From positions 10,976,001 through 11,040,000 of the forward strand of contig CM097885.1 of NCBI GenBank assembly GCA_044892525.1: a DNA stretch of 64,000 bases, written 5' to 3'. Of this stretch, positions 51,132 to 64,000 are shown piece by piece. Source of the DNA: Schmidtea polychroa. Lineage: Eukaryota. Numbering within the stretch: position 1 is the first letter of the stretch; the number at the start of each line of letters is the position of its first letter. Made by a program: the position numbers and the translations under genes. The notes under the pieces were generated by a model that saw only the letters and a program-made list of their open reading frames with translations, searched no databases and had not been told where the DNA came from.

Positions 51132-51155
51132 CAGAAAATTTGATGGGATATCCTC
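51080..51155 (+). promoter_or_regulatory. Candidate -1 ribosomal frameshift signal (gag-pol)
   Basis: C CCA AAC heptamer in the gag frame; the -1 frame is open from just upstream into pol. Downstream stem GGATCCACCAG/TTGGTTGGAGCC; loop GAGGA is complementary to TCCTC at 51151-51155. Confidence 0.6.
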
Positions 51156-54100
51156 AAGGGGCAGAAAAGTGGGAGAATGTTGGAAGGATAAGCGAGAAAG
51201 TATACAGGTTCCTAAAGAGAGAAATGTTTGAAGAGGAAGTGGAAAGAATTGGAACCATTGAAACGGAGCAGGTTGTTGAAATTTTGTATAACAGAATGCA
51301 AGGAAGGCCTAGTATAACAGTAAGGATGAATGGGGAAAATTTCGACTGTTTATTAGACACTGGGGCAAGAATCAATGTAATGAGTGTGAACTGTTTCAAC
51401 AAGCTACGAGGACAACAATTGACGAAAAGTGACGATAAGTTATGATGCGCAAACGAGAGTACGATCGAGACAATAGGAAAAACGAAGGTGCAAGTAACCA
51501 TTGGAAATGTTTCGAAGGAAGTTATATTCATTGTGGCGGAGAAAGTGACACCAGACGTGATTGGAGGAATCGAATTACAAGAAACATTTGGATTTAGACT
51601 GTTAAAAATTAAAGATATCGAGGCTAGTGAAAAAGACAAGAACTATATTTGTAACATTGAAGCAAAATTTGGCAGAAAAATAAAGGATGAAGAACGATTG
51701 ATACGAGCGTTGGAACAGTTAAAGATCAATGAAGATAGCAAATTAAAGGAAATTATAACAAACAGTGGAAACGTGTTTATGGCAGATAAATGGGATGTGG
51801 GTCGCACACATTTGGTAAAACACAAGATAGTTACAAGAGGTGAGTCGATAAACATAAAACCATATCGCCAACCACTAAATTTGGAATCAAAACTTGAAGA
51901 AGCAATACAAAATTTGTACGAAAATGGAATTATACGGAAATGTAACTCTCCATGGAATACACCGCTAATATGTGTATGGAAAAAAGAGAAAAAGGATATT
52001 ATACTATGCTTGGACTTTAGACACCTGAACGCGGTAACAGAGAGGCAGCATTTCCAATGCCAAACATAGACGAGATGTTGGATTTGTTAGGAGGATCCGT
52101 CTTTTTCAGCTCAATCGATCTAGGTAATGCATATTACCAAGTGGAACTAGAAGAAGAATCACGGGAGAAAACAGCTTTCTCAACAAAGAACGGACAATAT
52201 TGTTTCAACAGAATGCCATTTGGAATTGCAGCAGCACCAGGTACGTTCCAAGAAATGATGACAAAAGTATTAGGCAAAATAAAGGGAGCAATGGTGTATT
52301 TGGACGACATCTTGATTTATTCAAGCAGTAAAGAGAAACACTATACAATACTCGGAGAAGTGTTAAAGGCGATTGAGGAAGCAGGCCTAAGGATTAATCC
52401 AGAAAAATGCCAAATAATAAAGGGAGAAATCAGATTCTTAGGACACATAATCAGCAAGGAAGGAGTACAGACAGATCCATCTAAAATTCAGGCCATACAG
52501 AACTTTGGGAAGCCTAATTGCGTAAAGAAACTCCGAAGCTTTTTAGGTATTTGCAATTATTATAGAAGATTCATCAGTGATTATGCAAAGAAGGCAAGGA
52601 TGTTATAACAATTATGTAGCGGACCAAGTAACAAAAAATTAGAATGGAGTGAAGGAACGAATAGCGTGTTTGAGGGATTGAAATTAGCACTCACGACGGC
52701 GCCAATCTTATGTTTTCCGGATCTGAAAAAGGAGTTCATTTTAGATACCGACGCTAGTTTCGATACCATTGGAGCAGTACTTTCACAAAGAGATAAAGAT
52801 GGAAAGGAAAAAGTAATTGCGTATGAATCACACTCGATGACGAGCCACGAGAAAGGATATTGTATTACAAGAAAGGAACTTTTGGCGGTATATTATTTTT
52901 GCATTCATTTTAAGCACTATCTCTACGGAAGAAGATTCACGCTCAGGACAGACCACAAGGCAATCACGTTTATGATGACAAACAAGAAGCCGATTACTTC
53001 ACAATTCCAAACATGGATCAATTATTTGAGCAGTTTAGATATAAGAGTAGAATACAGAAAGGGTATTAATCACCAAAATGCAGACATGGTATCGAGAACT
53101 AAATGTGACACGTGTGTTCAATGTCAAATGGCCCACGAAGAAGCTAAGAAAGGAAAGATAAAAACCAGATTACTAGACTCGATCAGAGAAGAAGGAAGAA
53201 GCAACATCCAACATGGAATTGTAGAAGTACGAAAGAAAACGATGATACCTGAAAATGAGTTACAAGAAACAATAAAGGAAATACATAAACTATTGTGTCA
53301 TGCTGGAGTCGAGAAGATAGCCGATTATATGAAAGATAGATATGTTGGAAAACACCTGTGGAGTCAGATTCAGGAAATTGTTCGAAGTTGTGAGATTTGT
53401 CAAAAAACCAAGGCTTTAACAATAACAACGAAAGAACCAGTAAAAAAACAAGATTCGAAGGAAATGTTCGAAATTATATTCGTGGATATATGTGGACCGT
53501 TGACAGAAACCAAAGGATGTAAGAAGTATATATTGGACATAATAGATCAGTATAGTAAGTATCAAGTCTTAACTGCGATAACAAAACAAAACGAAGAAAC
53601 AATAAAGAAAACGATTTTAGAAAAGTGGATTTTAAGATTTGGATGCCCAAAGGAGATAAGAGTTGATTGCGGAAAGGCGTTTGAATCAGGAATGATGAGA
53701 GAATTCACAAAGATGCTAGATATTAAATTATGTTTTTCGAGTCCATACTATCACCAAAAAAACGGTCAGATAGAAAGACAATTCAGGACAATACGGGATT
53801 TGATAAATGCTACTTTACAGGATAGAAAGAAGACGGATTGGGCAGAGATATTACCAGAAGTCGAATTCACTTTAAATGCAACCAAACAAAAAACGACAGG
53901 GAAAAGCCCGGCAGAGATAGTTTTTGGAAAAAAGATTAGCAGGGAAAAATGGTACGGGTCCAAAGAAATGCCGATAAAGGAAGAACTAGAAGAACAAACA
54001 AGGAGAAAATTCAATGTAGGAGAAGAAGTATTAGTAAAAGTAGAAACACGCCACAAAGGCCAGGACAGGTATGAAGGTCCGTACAAAGTGATAGATAAAG

Positions 54101-54195
54101 TGCATGACAGACAATACATCTTAAGAAATGAAGACGGAAAAAGGATCGAAAGAAATGTGGAAAAACTTTATAATTTCTTAAGAAGGGGGATATGA
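51087..54195 (+). pseudogene. pol: Gypsy pol (protease, RT, RNase H, integrase) with stops at 51443 and 52606 and a frameshift near 52045
   Basis: LLDTGA; YLDD; TDAS...ELLAV...TDH; H..LCH...CEIC; VDICGP, VDCG and IERQFR; GPY motif. Confidence 0.93.
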
Positions 54196-54423
54196 GGAAG
54201 TTTTATGATGAAGAAATTTTTAAATTGAAAATTTTAAAAATTAAATTTTTTATTAATTTTTAAAAAAGAAATAAGAAGATATTTTAATTAAAAATATTTT
54301 TGTAGAAAATTTGTTTAAATAAGAAAATTTAAAGAAGATATAATTTGATACTGATATTTACTGAAATAAAATTTATGGAAACAAAAACTGATTTTAATGT
54401 TTTACAGGATGAACCTCCTAATA
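54180..54423 (+). repeat. Polypurine tract (54180-54190) and 3' LTR (54191-54423)
   Basis: AAGAAGGGGGA immediately precedes TATGAGG; the LTR is followed by TSD ATATT. Confidence 0.9.
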
Positions 54424-54503
54424 ATATTTTTTAAATTTATTGATAATAAATAACAAGTAAAAACGATTATATTTATTGATGTATTATTATTATTGTTATT
54501 ATT

Positions 54504-54693
<190 letters not shown>

Positions 54694-55595
54694 GTTATTA
54701 TTATTATTTTGTGCATACTATTATTGGCATGATAGCAGTGCTAAGTGCACTATATTTATTCAGTGTACTGAATGCATTATGTTTATTTGGTGCACTAAGT
54801 GCACTATGTTAATTCAGTGCATTAGTTTATTTATAATTTAAATTTTTGTGATTCAATCAATAAATCAATAAATGAAAAAGAGCTAATTTTACAAATGCTG
54901 CAAAAACAATTTACAATGATACTTTCTAGTGCATATGCCAAATTGGAAAAATTAAGAATTTTAGTTAAAAGAACCCCTTATTTGATAATAAATTGCAAAA
55001 AAAAAGTTATGATATTTCTAAAAATGACTCATAAAATATAAGAAAATTGATTAGTTTTTAATTAAAAAGGAATAATAGAAATCATTTAAACCTTTTTATA
55101 TATGTAATTAAATATATTTCAAAAAAAATATGCAGTAATAGACGTCAATACACAAACACAAACACAAACACAAACACAAACACAAACACATACACAAACA
55201 AATTTATAATTAAATTCTATTTTTCTTAATGTAAAATATCTAAATACAAAATAATAGATTATACACAAAAGCAATTTCGAAAACATCGTAAATATTTTAC
55301 CGAACTTCATTTTCGGATTTAGTGTTCTATAAAATGATGAAAACAGACCCTGGGAATCCAAAAATAGAATTGTACTCTTAAATAACATGAAATTATCCCA
55401 CAATAACAATCATTGATGAATAAAAAATTTTAAAAGCAAACTCAACAAAAAAATTTAGTATATCATCAGACTGATTTCTCAGTAAAATCACCCAAAAATC
55501 AAAGCTTTCAAGAAGAATTGCAAATTCAGATATTGATATTACAATATAATTTAGAGCATACCTATTTATACATCCTAGCTCAGGAAGCTGCAAGC

Positions 55596-57379
55596 CAGGC
55601 CCGGTCTTAGGGCAAGGCGAACAAGACAACCGCCTTGGGCACCGCGCTTTGACTAAACACTTTTTACTAGTTTTTACAATTTTAATACTATTATGTAATA
55701 ATTGTCTTATATATAACAACAGTATCGTGAAAACTTTATACACCCCGTTTTACACGGAAGGTTGGTTCTTTATAAAACCGTGCAGCTCGAAAATCCATTT
55801 TTGTAAAGAAATTTTGTGTGTATTTATTTTTGAGGATTAATTAGAAAAATTAACTAAAATTAACTAACTGCGATCTGCCACTGACAATTATGACCTTTAT
55901 TTAGAAATATTACTATTGATATTAAGAATATAAGCTTGGGGCGTACTTGTATAGCACTTTATCCATACCGGGACTTATGTGGTCAATGATTATTGATTTC
56001 AAAGCTGTACATCGTTAATAATTAGACCGACAATAAGAAAGTTAACTCCGTTAATCGTTAATAAGTTACTTTTTTTAAAATGTAACATAAGTCAACGTTA
56101 AACCGTTGATTCGTTAATTTTTACTGTATAAGAAAAACGAAAAATTCACTTTTTTGTATAAAAACTGAACCATCTGAAAACACCTACAAAAAATTGCCAA
56201 ATGAATTGAAACTATAAAATCAGAATTTTGTTATCTTTTTAACAGCTCTAGAATTTTGGCAACACTTTGTCTGCTCTGGGATCCAACGGTATTTCTGACT
56301 GGAAAAATCCCAGTGTGAGACTCTCTTATCATGAAAAATCAAAAGGACATATGACATCTACTTTGAATTGTTTCAGCTGGAAAATAGGCTAACAAAACGA
56401 TGCACAATTGACAAACAGAGTCAAAAATTAATAAACAGTGAAAAGGCTCGTTGGCATAGTGTATTTCAACGCCTAATGCCCATTGTCCAATTTCTTTCTG
56501 TGCACAACATGGCATTTAGTAGTTCAGTCGATAAACTACATAAGGCAAACAATGGAAACATTTTGGGTCTCGTTGAATTGCTGGCAAAATTTGATCCAGT
56601 TTTTCAGGAACATATACGAAGAATACAAACTGATGAAATTCATGATCACTACTTGGGAAAGCGAATTCAAAACGAGCTTATTTAGTTGATGGGAAATAAG
56701 GAAGGGAAATTATTGTAGGAAGAGAAATACTTTTCATTAATATTTAATTGCACAACGGACCAAGGTGTAAAGTGTAAAGGCAGTGCGATATCAAGCAGTT
56801 GTAATCTATGATGCACTTTCCTAACACACACTTTGCACTTCAAATACTTCTAACTATTACTGTCACTGTTGGTTCCGGAGAAAGAAGCTTTTCGAAACTA
56901 AAAGTTATTAAAACATATATGCGATCAACAATGATTCAAGATCGACTCAGTAACTTAGATATTTTGTCAATTGAAAATGATGTTGCTAAGGATCTTGACA
57001 ATAATGAACTTATTGCAGATTTTGCAGCCACCAAAGATCGCAAGATTTGCTTGTAAGTTGTAAAAACAAGATGGAAGTAGAAGATTCAAACAAACCAATG
57101 CTATAGTGTATATAGCTTATAATGTAGAGTTATATATGAACTGTCAATTAGCATGCCAAAACAATACATTTTAATTATTAATTTTTTTTGAGTTTTATGA
57201 TTTTCAGTTAAATGAATAAAACTATAATTATTGATGTGTCAACGCTGTTATGGAGTAAAAATTTAAGTAATTTAATTTTTTATTTCCCATTATTTTAATA
57301 TATGTAGAAATGCAAATTTTTGCATGAGTCTCGCTCCTCGTCTGCTGGCTTGGGCCCGCATGCTCTTGGGCTGGCCCTG
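55596..57379 (+). mobile_element. Internally deleted hAT (Blackjack/ZMYM1-like) element
   Basis: Perfect 8-bp TSD CTGCAAGC; TIRs CAGGCCCGG / CTGGCCCTG; DUF4371-like ORF 56368..56685 and dimerisation-domain ORF 56808..57056 (GERSFSKLK.IK.Y.RSTM.QDRL). Confidence 0.92.
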
Positions 57380-57406
57380 CTGCAAGCAATCACATACACA
57401 TACACA

Positions 57407-57505
<99 letters not shown>

Positions 57506-58365
57506 CACAAATTGAAGTTATTTTGATGCGATTGTTATATTTTTTAAATTTGTAATTGTGATAAATAAATAAATTTGTTGAACCAGTATTTGTGTTCTTA
57601 TTTAGATAGGAACCATTAAGTTGAAATTTGAGAAACTCAATAAATTGACATTTGAACTTCTAAGTGAGCTCTAAATATTTTTGTCAAAGATAAAATTCAG
57701 TAAAATAACAAAATTGATAAACAATTGAGACCTAGAAAACAATATTGTTTTATTTTCAGTGCTTTTTTGAAATATTTGTTTAATTGAAATTACTTTCTAA
57801 TATTTTGTTAGAATGAAATAAAAAAATACCCAGAATTGAGTATGGCGATGTGGAAATTTAAAATTTTGTTTAAATTAAGTGGATTTTTATTTTTATTTTA
57901 ACTAAGTAAAAAAAGTGTCTAAAATTATAGATTGCAATAAGAAGATTTTGGAATTTTTAGAAAGAACTTGTTGCATAATAAATGACAGATAATAAATTTT
58001 TATGAAACTTAAGGGTGGATAACATAACAAAATTAACAAATTTTTACTTAATTTGATCTTTAACGTTTATCGTTTCGGTGGATAATTAAATTTCCATAAA
58101 TTATTAATAATCTTGTCCAAAAAAAAATCAAGCTCAAACTTCAAAGTCAACAAATAATGACGATTCTCAAAATCCGTTTGTATTTGGCAATATCAAAAAA
58201 AATTCCGAAACGTTACAATGGAGAAATAAATTTAGCGTTTTAATGCTGAGAAATATCATAAAATTTAATCATTTAATTTTTTGAATTTTTGCTTTTGTTT
58301 TAATGCTAGTTATCAATATAGCAAAAAATAATTAAATGACATTAAATTCATTTTATTATTGAATA

Positions 58366-58754
58366 CACCAATCCCTCGCTTTACGAAGTCTCTTTTTACC
58401 CAGTTTCGCTCTAACGTAATTTAGAAAAAACTCACAGTCTCTGTTTACGAAAAATATTCTATTTACGAATTTACTAAGTTAATTAAACGTTTAATGTTCC
58501 TTGAATTATTTATGTAATAGAAATATTTTTTTGTTATGAATAAATAAAATACATACATATTATTTTTGGTTTTGAATTATAAATGTTTTCTTCAATAATA
58601 TGAATTGATTCGATTTTTTAATTTATAAATTACCGCTTTTAATCAGAATTCTTGATTTGTATTACCGATAATTAAAATAAAATTTTGCTTAACAAAATTT
58701 TGATTTACGTTCAATTTTTTGGAACGAATTAATTCGTTAAGCGAGGGATTGGTT
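58366..58754. mobile_element. Tc1/pogo-type MITE
   Basis: TIRs CACCAATCCCTCGCTT.ACGAA / TTCGT.AAGCGAGGGATTGGTT, flanked by TA. Confidence 0.8.
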
Positions 58755-61209
58755 TATTTGTAAATGTTAAAAATTGCAATTTCGAAATGTAAGTTTTTTC
58801 ATATAGTTTCAGTTAGGACTATATATACCACCAAGGCCAAAAAGGACAAAGTGAACATCTATAATTTCAAAAATAGTCTGTAAGACAGTGTTTCTAATGG
58901 TAGGACATCACGCTTCAGAGGTGGGATACGTCAGCAATTATCAACTATTCCACATATATTTTTAATACAATGCTCATTCACGACTAAATATAACAAAGTG
59001 CATACAGCAAATTAATCGACCGTTATTTTTGCATACTGACAATACAGATTATCGAAGTTTGACAGTTACTTCAAAGGGGCCAGTGGGGCATGAGACACGG
59101 TGGAGACAGTGCTGTAAGAATTTTATTAAAACCAATTTGAAAACGAAAAATTTCATATTCTAATAGTTTGACTTTTCGAAAATAATGTCTAGCCAACTAA
59201 AATTTTATTTTTGTCAGATTTAAAAAAAATCCAAATAATCTGAGCCACATAAGACGTCGAAATATACGTTTATGTCGAAGAATATATCTTTTTGTTGTCG
59301 TCAACTGTTAGATCCTTTATGGGACACTTTGTTCATAATTTGCTAGTGAATTTTAATATTAACTAATGTCTTCGAAAAGAACATGGAGGTGAGCCACAAA
59401 AGATCTGTTAAGGGTTGAGTCTTGACCAGGCCTGATTATACAGCTATTTTTTTTGTAATTTAAATATTATTGTCATCAAACACTCAACTGCTCAGGATTG
59501 ACGACCTATATCTTCTTGTAATCGAATATGTTTTAAACATGTTACGGAGGGAAACTGTTTTATTTGTTTGTTTATTACATAATAATACTTTACAATATGA
59601 ATATTTCACAATATGAATATTATTATGAATATTACAATCTGCACTTCAAAAGTAGTTTTATTAGTTTTTGGAGGGTTAGGGTTAAGGTTAGTGCAGATAT
59701 TTACTGCTCATGTAATCAGGCTAATCCACTTATGAGGCCGTTTCTTCCCCCATTTTTAAGTTTGTAAGTTACATGATAGATAATAAAATACATCAACACT
59801 ATGATCTACATCAATATGTTAATGAAATGTGTTGTGATCAGCGTGTACGCAATCCTAAAAAAAAAATCTTTTCTATTAACATGTGTTTCATATTACCGAA
59901 CTAACACGAATTTAAACGAACGTCGGGATATCAATGAACCGTACGCGTTGATCTTAACTTATACATTTTTTATGTTCATTTATTAGTCATATGCGTATAA
60001 TTTCTCCTTATTTTCGTTTCAATCTTTCAGTATTCACTGTTTTTAGTATAGTGTAATTTTAATTTTGCTAAAAAATTTAATATAAGCCCCTCTTGATCTT
60101 GAGGCCCTTAGATTGAGAAGCTTAGATAGCCCATAGGAAACCCGACTTTGCATGTTATTAGAAGCTGCTAGAACATCTTCTAAATTTTCAGCCTTGAATA
60201 AAATATATTTTCGAAACAATTTATTAAAATTTTCGATATTTAAAATGTATTTATTTAAAAATTATTTACTATTAAAACTTATTTAAAATACTTATTTATT
60301 TAAAATTTATCTTTAATAAAATCTTTTTTTAATTTAAAAAATTATTTTAAAATTTATTTTAGATGTCCATTATTTATCATTTAAAATGATCTTAACTCTT
60401 AATTGCATGATTTTTTTTTATTTATTTTGAATAAAATAAAATAAAGTTCCTTTGACGGAATATATTATTATAAAAATAATTAAAAAATCTAATGTAAAAT
60501 TTAAAATCCACTAAACAGCTTTGTAGCTCACAAGCAACACTATGAAATGGTTAGTTCTTATTTATTTTAGGCTATCTAAACGTGAAATTCGGGTGTGTTG
60601 CAAATTTGCTACACAATGTTATTAAGGCTTTGTAAATCATTGAAATATTCAATTCTCAGCTGAAAACACTTCACAAATGTAATGCAATACTATTTATCTA
60701 TAGATTAGTATTTTTACAAAAAGAAGCTTCTTTCGATTTTCACCTCTGATTTCTTTTCAATTGACATTGTATATATTAAAAGCCTGACTATGAATCAAGA
60801 AAGATATCGATGATTTTTGTCATTCACGAATTTTCACGAATAATTCTTTGTTTAAATGTTTGCTTTTGTATTGGAAGTGGAACATTATCGTCCCTTTCTT
60901 ATAAAAAATAGTCAATAAATCTGATAATATAAAGTAAAGCCTTGAGATGGAGGATATATTACAAATATTGACGACCTACTGATAGAACAGTTACCAATAG
61001 ACTTCGACATTTCCTTCAAATCATACAACATGTTGTTGCAAACCGGTGTGAAAACTTAAGAAATTGAAAGAAATTGTTATAATGAACTGATTTGCATATT
61101 GACATTCAGTATGTTCGGTTCCTTGAAAGTAGACCTGTACCAATCTGTACGCAGGTGAAAGGAATTATTTTTACAAACTCAAATGCAGAAAAATATCAGC
61201 AAAATCAGA

Positions 61210-62004
61210 AAAATAAATTAAGGTGGGTCTCCTTGGTCCTGAGAATTTCAATACCAAAAAGGGTCTTCACTAAAAAAGCGTGGTAAATCTTTGAATTAAA
61301 GTAAATTATGGGCTTAGATTTTTGAATTATCTAAATTATAGGTCTAAAAAATGAATGATGGTCTAAAATTTTAAATTAAAGTAAATTATTGGTTCAGATT
61401 TTTGAATTACAGTAAATTATGGTCTAAAAAATTAAATTAAAGTAAATTATGGCTCATATTTTTAAATTAAAGTAAATTATGGTCTAACTAAGTTAATTAA
61501 AGTAATCAATGGGCTCAAATAAGTAAATTAAGGTTCAAATTTTACTGGCTTATCCTCGGCTTTTTGTATTGAAAATATCCTGAGACCTTAAATTACTATG
61601 CTTTTTTAGTGATAGTCGGATTTTGTATTGAAAATCCCAGGACCAAGGAGACCCACCTTAATTTATTTTGAAATTTCATGCTTTTTTTAATGATAGTCGG
61701 ATTTTGTATTGAAAATATCCTGAGACCTTAAATTACCATGCTTTTTTTAATGTAGACCCGCTTTTTTGTATTGAAAATCCCAGGACCATGGAGACCTCTC
61801 ACTATAGTCTGAATAATCCTTGGCTTTTTCTATTGAAAAAAATTTTTGTATTGAAAATCCCTGAAAAACAAATTTTGTATTAAAAATTCCTGAAAGCAAA
61901 AAAAAGTAAGTTGCCGCAATTGCGTAATCAAAATTTGCCGCAGACCCCCCCCTCTCCCCGGGGGGGGGGGGGCAATTGCGGCAGGGAGCTCCTAACTACC
62001 TACT
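61210..62004. repeat. Complex inverted and tandem repeat block ending in ...ACTACCTACT (possible orphan Polinton terminus)
   Basis: 32-bp perfect inverted repeat (61210-61241 and 61638-61669) around roughly 32-nt tandem units; repeated TTTTGTATTGAAAAT; C-run/G-run hairpin near 61945-61972. Confidence 0.5.
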
Positions 62005-62775
62005 GATGTATCCGTTGCACTTTTTTCATTTGAAAAACTTTAAAATGGTTAAGCGACTACAAAAATACTGGATTCGAACAGTAATTCTGGATTCGAGCAA
62101 CTACACTTGCAGAAGATTTGGAAATATCTACAGAATTTCGAAATAAAAGGCTTCGGATAAGAAAGAAACATTTCAATTATGAATGCGATGATGAAACTAT
62201 TGTAGATTTGATAAACCCATACAAGATATCCTTTTATAACTTTGTTTTAGGTAAAGCAACAGAATCACTAAAAGATCGTTTTGAACAATCAAAAACTCAT
62301 AATGACTTATTTAGGTTTCTGGGCAAATTTCAAAATATGGAAAAAGAAGCACTTCAGAAATATGCAGCTAAATTAGAAATTTCTCAAACAGATTCTAGGT
62401 TTACAGAAAATAATGCACCAATAGTGAAGGAAGCTGATATAGATGGAAATTTGTTGGTTGAAGAAATGGAAGCTTTAAAACCTATCCTTCTGTCAGAAAT
62501 CTTTGAAAATTCACTTATAATGTTCAAATTTCTACCAGAAAATGACAGAGCAACGACATTTCAAAACTTCTTTATTGCTTTCTGAATATATTTAACGATT
62601 CGAGTAAGCGTTGCTTATGTCTAAACCTAATAAAAAATGAGATCGACAATGACTCAGGATAGATTAAATAGTTGAGCAATTATGCCGATTGAAAATAAAG
62701 AAGCAAGGAAATTGGATTTTCAAACTATGTTAGAAGAATTTACAGAAAATAAAACTTTGAAATGTGTAAATTAAT
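62005..62775 (+). pseudogene. hAT transposase C-terminal fragment
   Basis: R.R.RKKHF.YE, L..RFEQ and RSTM.QDRL-like motifs; stops and frameshifts. Confidence 0.7.
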
Positions 62776-62865
62776 ATATTCATATTTATTGATGTCAATT
62801 TATATTCAATAAAATGTAATTGTTTTTTTATTTTGTGCATTTTTTATTTTTTAATGTATCTAGAA

Positions 62866-63114
62866 CAGGGGTGGGGAACCTGCGGCCTCCGGAGCCTTAT
62901 CAAAATAAATCTAAATTTATATAAAAACCATGAATTTTGAGGATTTACAAATAAAAATGCTTGTAACTACTGAATTGTATATATACCGTACTGTACAAGC
63001 ATCCCGCTGAGTACAAAGAACGAAATATAAACGAAATACTTTTTGACTGCGGCCTCATTTGAAGGCGACAAATTTCAATGTGGCCTAAGGAAATAAAAAG
63101 GTTCCCCACCCCTG
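62866..63114. mobile_element. hAT (Charlie-like) MITE
   Basis: Perfect TIR CAGGGGTGGGGAACCT and perfect 8-bp TSD ATCTAGAA. Confidence 0.93.
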
Positions 63115-63169
63115 ATCTAGAAGTTTGCCTATCTTATGATCCATGATATTTGATATGTATATATAATAT

Positions 63170-64000
<831 letters not shown>

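Larger units (their letters stand above)
49854..54423 (+). mobile_element. Full-length Ty3/Gypsy LTR retrotransposon with disrupted pol
   Basis: LTRs at 49854-50085 and 54191-54423 (about 5 differences); 5-bp TSD ATATT; PBS; PPT; gag then PR-RT-RH-IN order. Confidence 0.95.

Overview
AT-rich eukaryotic DNA, most likely from a planarian flatworm: it carries a YIRFamide prohormone exon resembling planarian spp-11, plus abundant (AAT)n and (AT)n tracts. Bases 1-12934 are the right-hand part of a decaying Polinton/Maverick (adintovirus-like endogenous virus). It contains the start of the major capsid gene, a pVI-like protein, the minor capsid, an integrase with chromodomain, a basic core protein, an A32-like packaging ATPase, a protein-primed PolB and an AGTAGT-type terminus. 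Unusually, it also carries a divergent TATA-binding protein (TBP) gene, several genes with short GT-AG introns, an overprinted myristoylation-motif ORF and an internal inverted copy of its own terminus. It abuts a degraded NeSL/Utopia-type non-LTR retrotransposon (about 12.9-17.2 kb). The rest is host, mostly intergenic, DNA. It holds the YIRFamide neuropeptide gene (missed by the ORF track), two oppositely oriented loci of tandem hammerhead-ribozyme repeats (retrozyme or Penelope-type, 348-370 nt units) whose unit contains a match to the U1 snRNA 5' end, a full-length but mutated Ty3/Gypsy element with TA...TA LTR ends, and many hAT, piggyBac and Tc1 remnants and MITEs. All calls come from reading motifs by eye; no searches were run.
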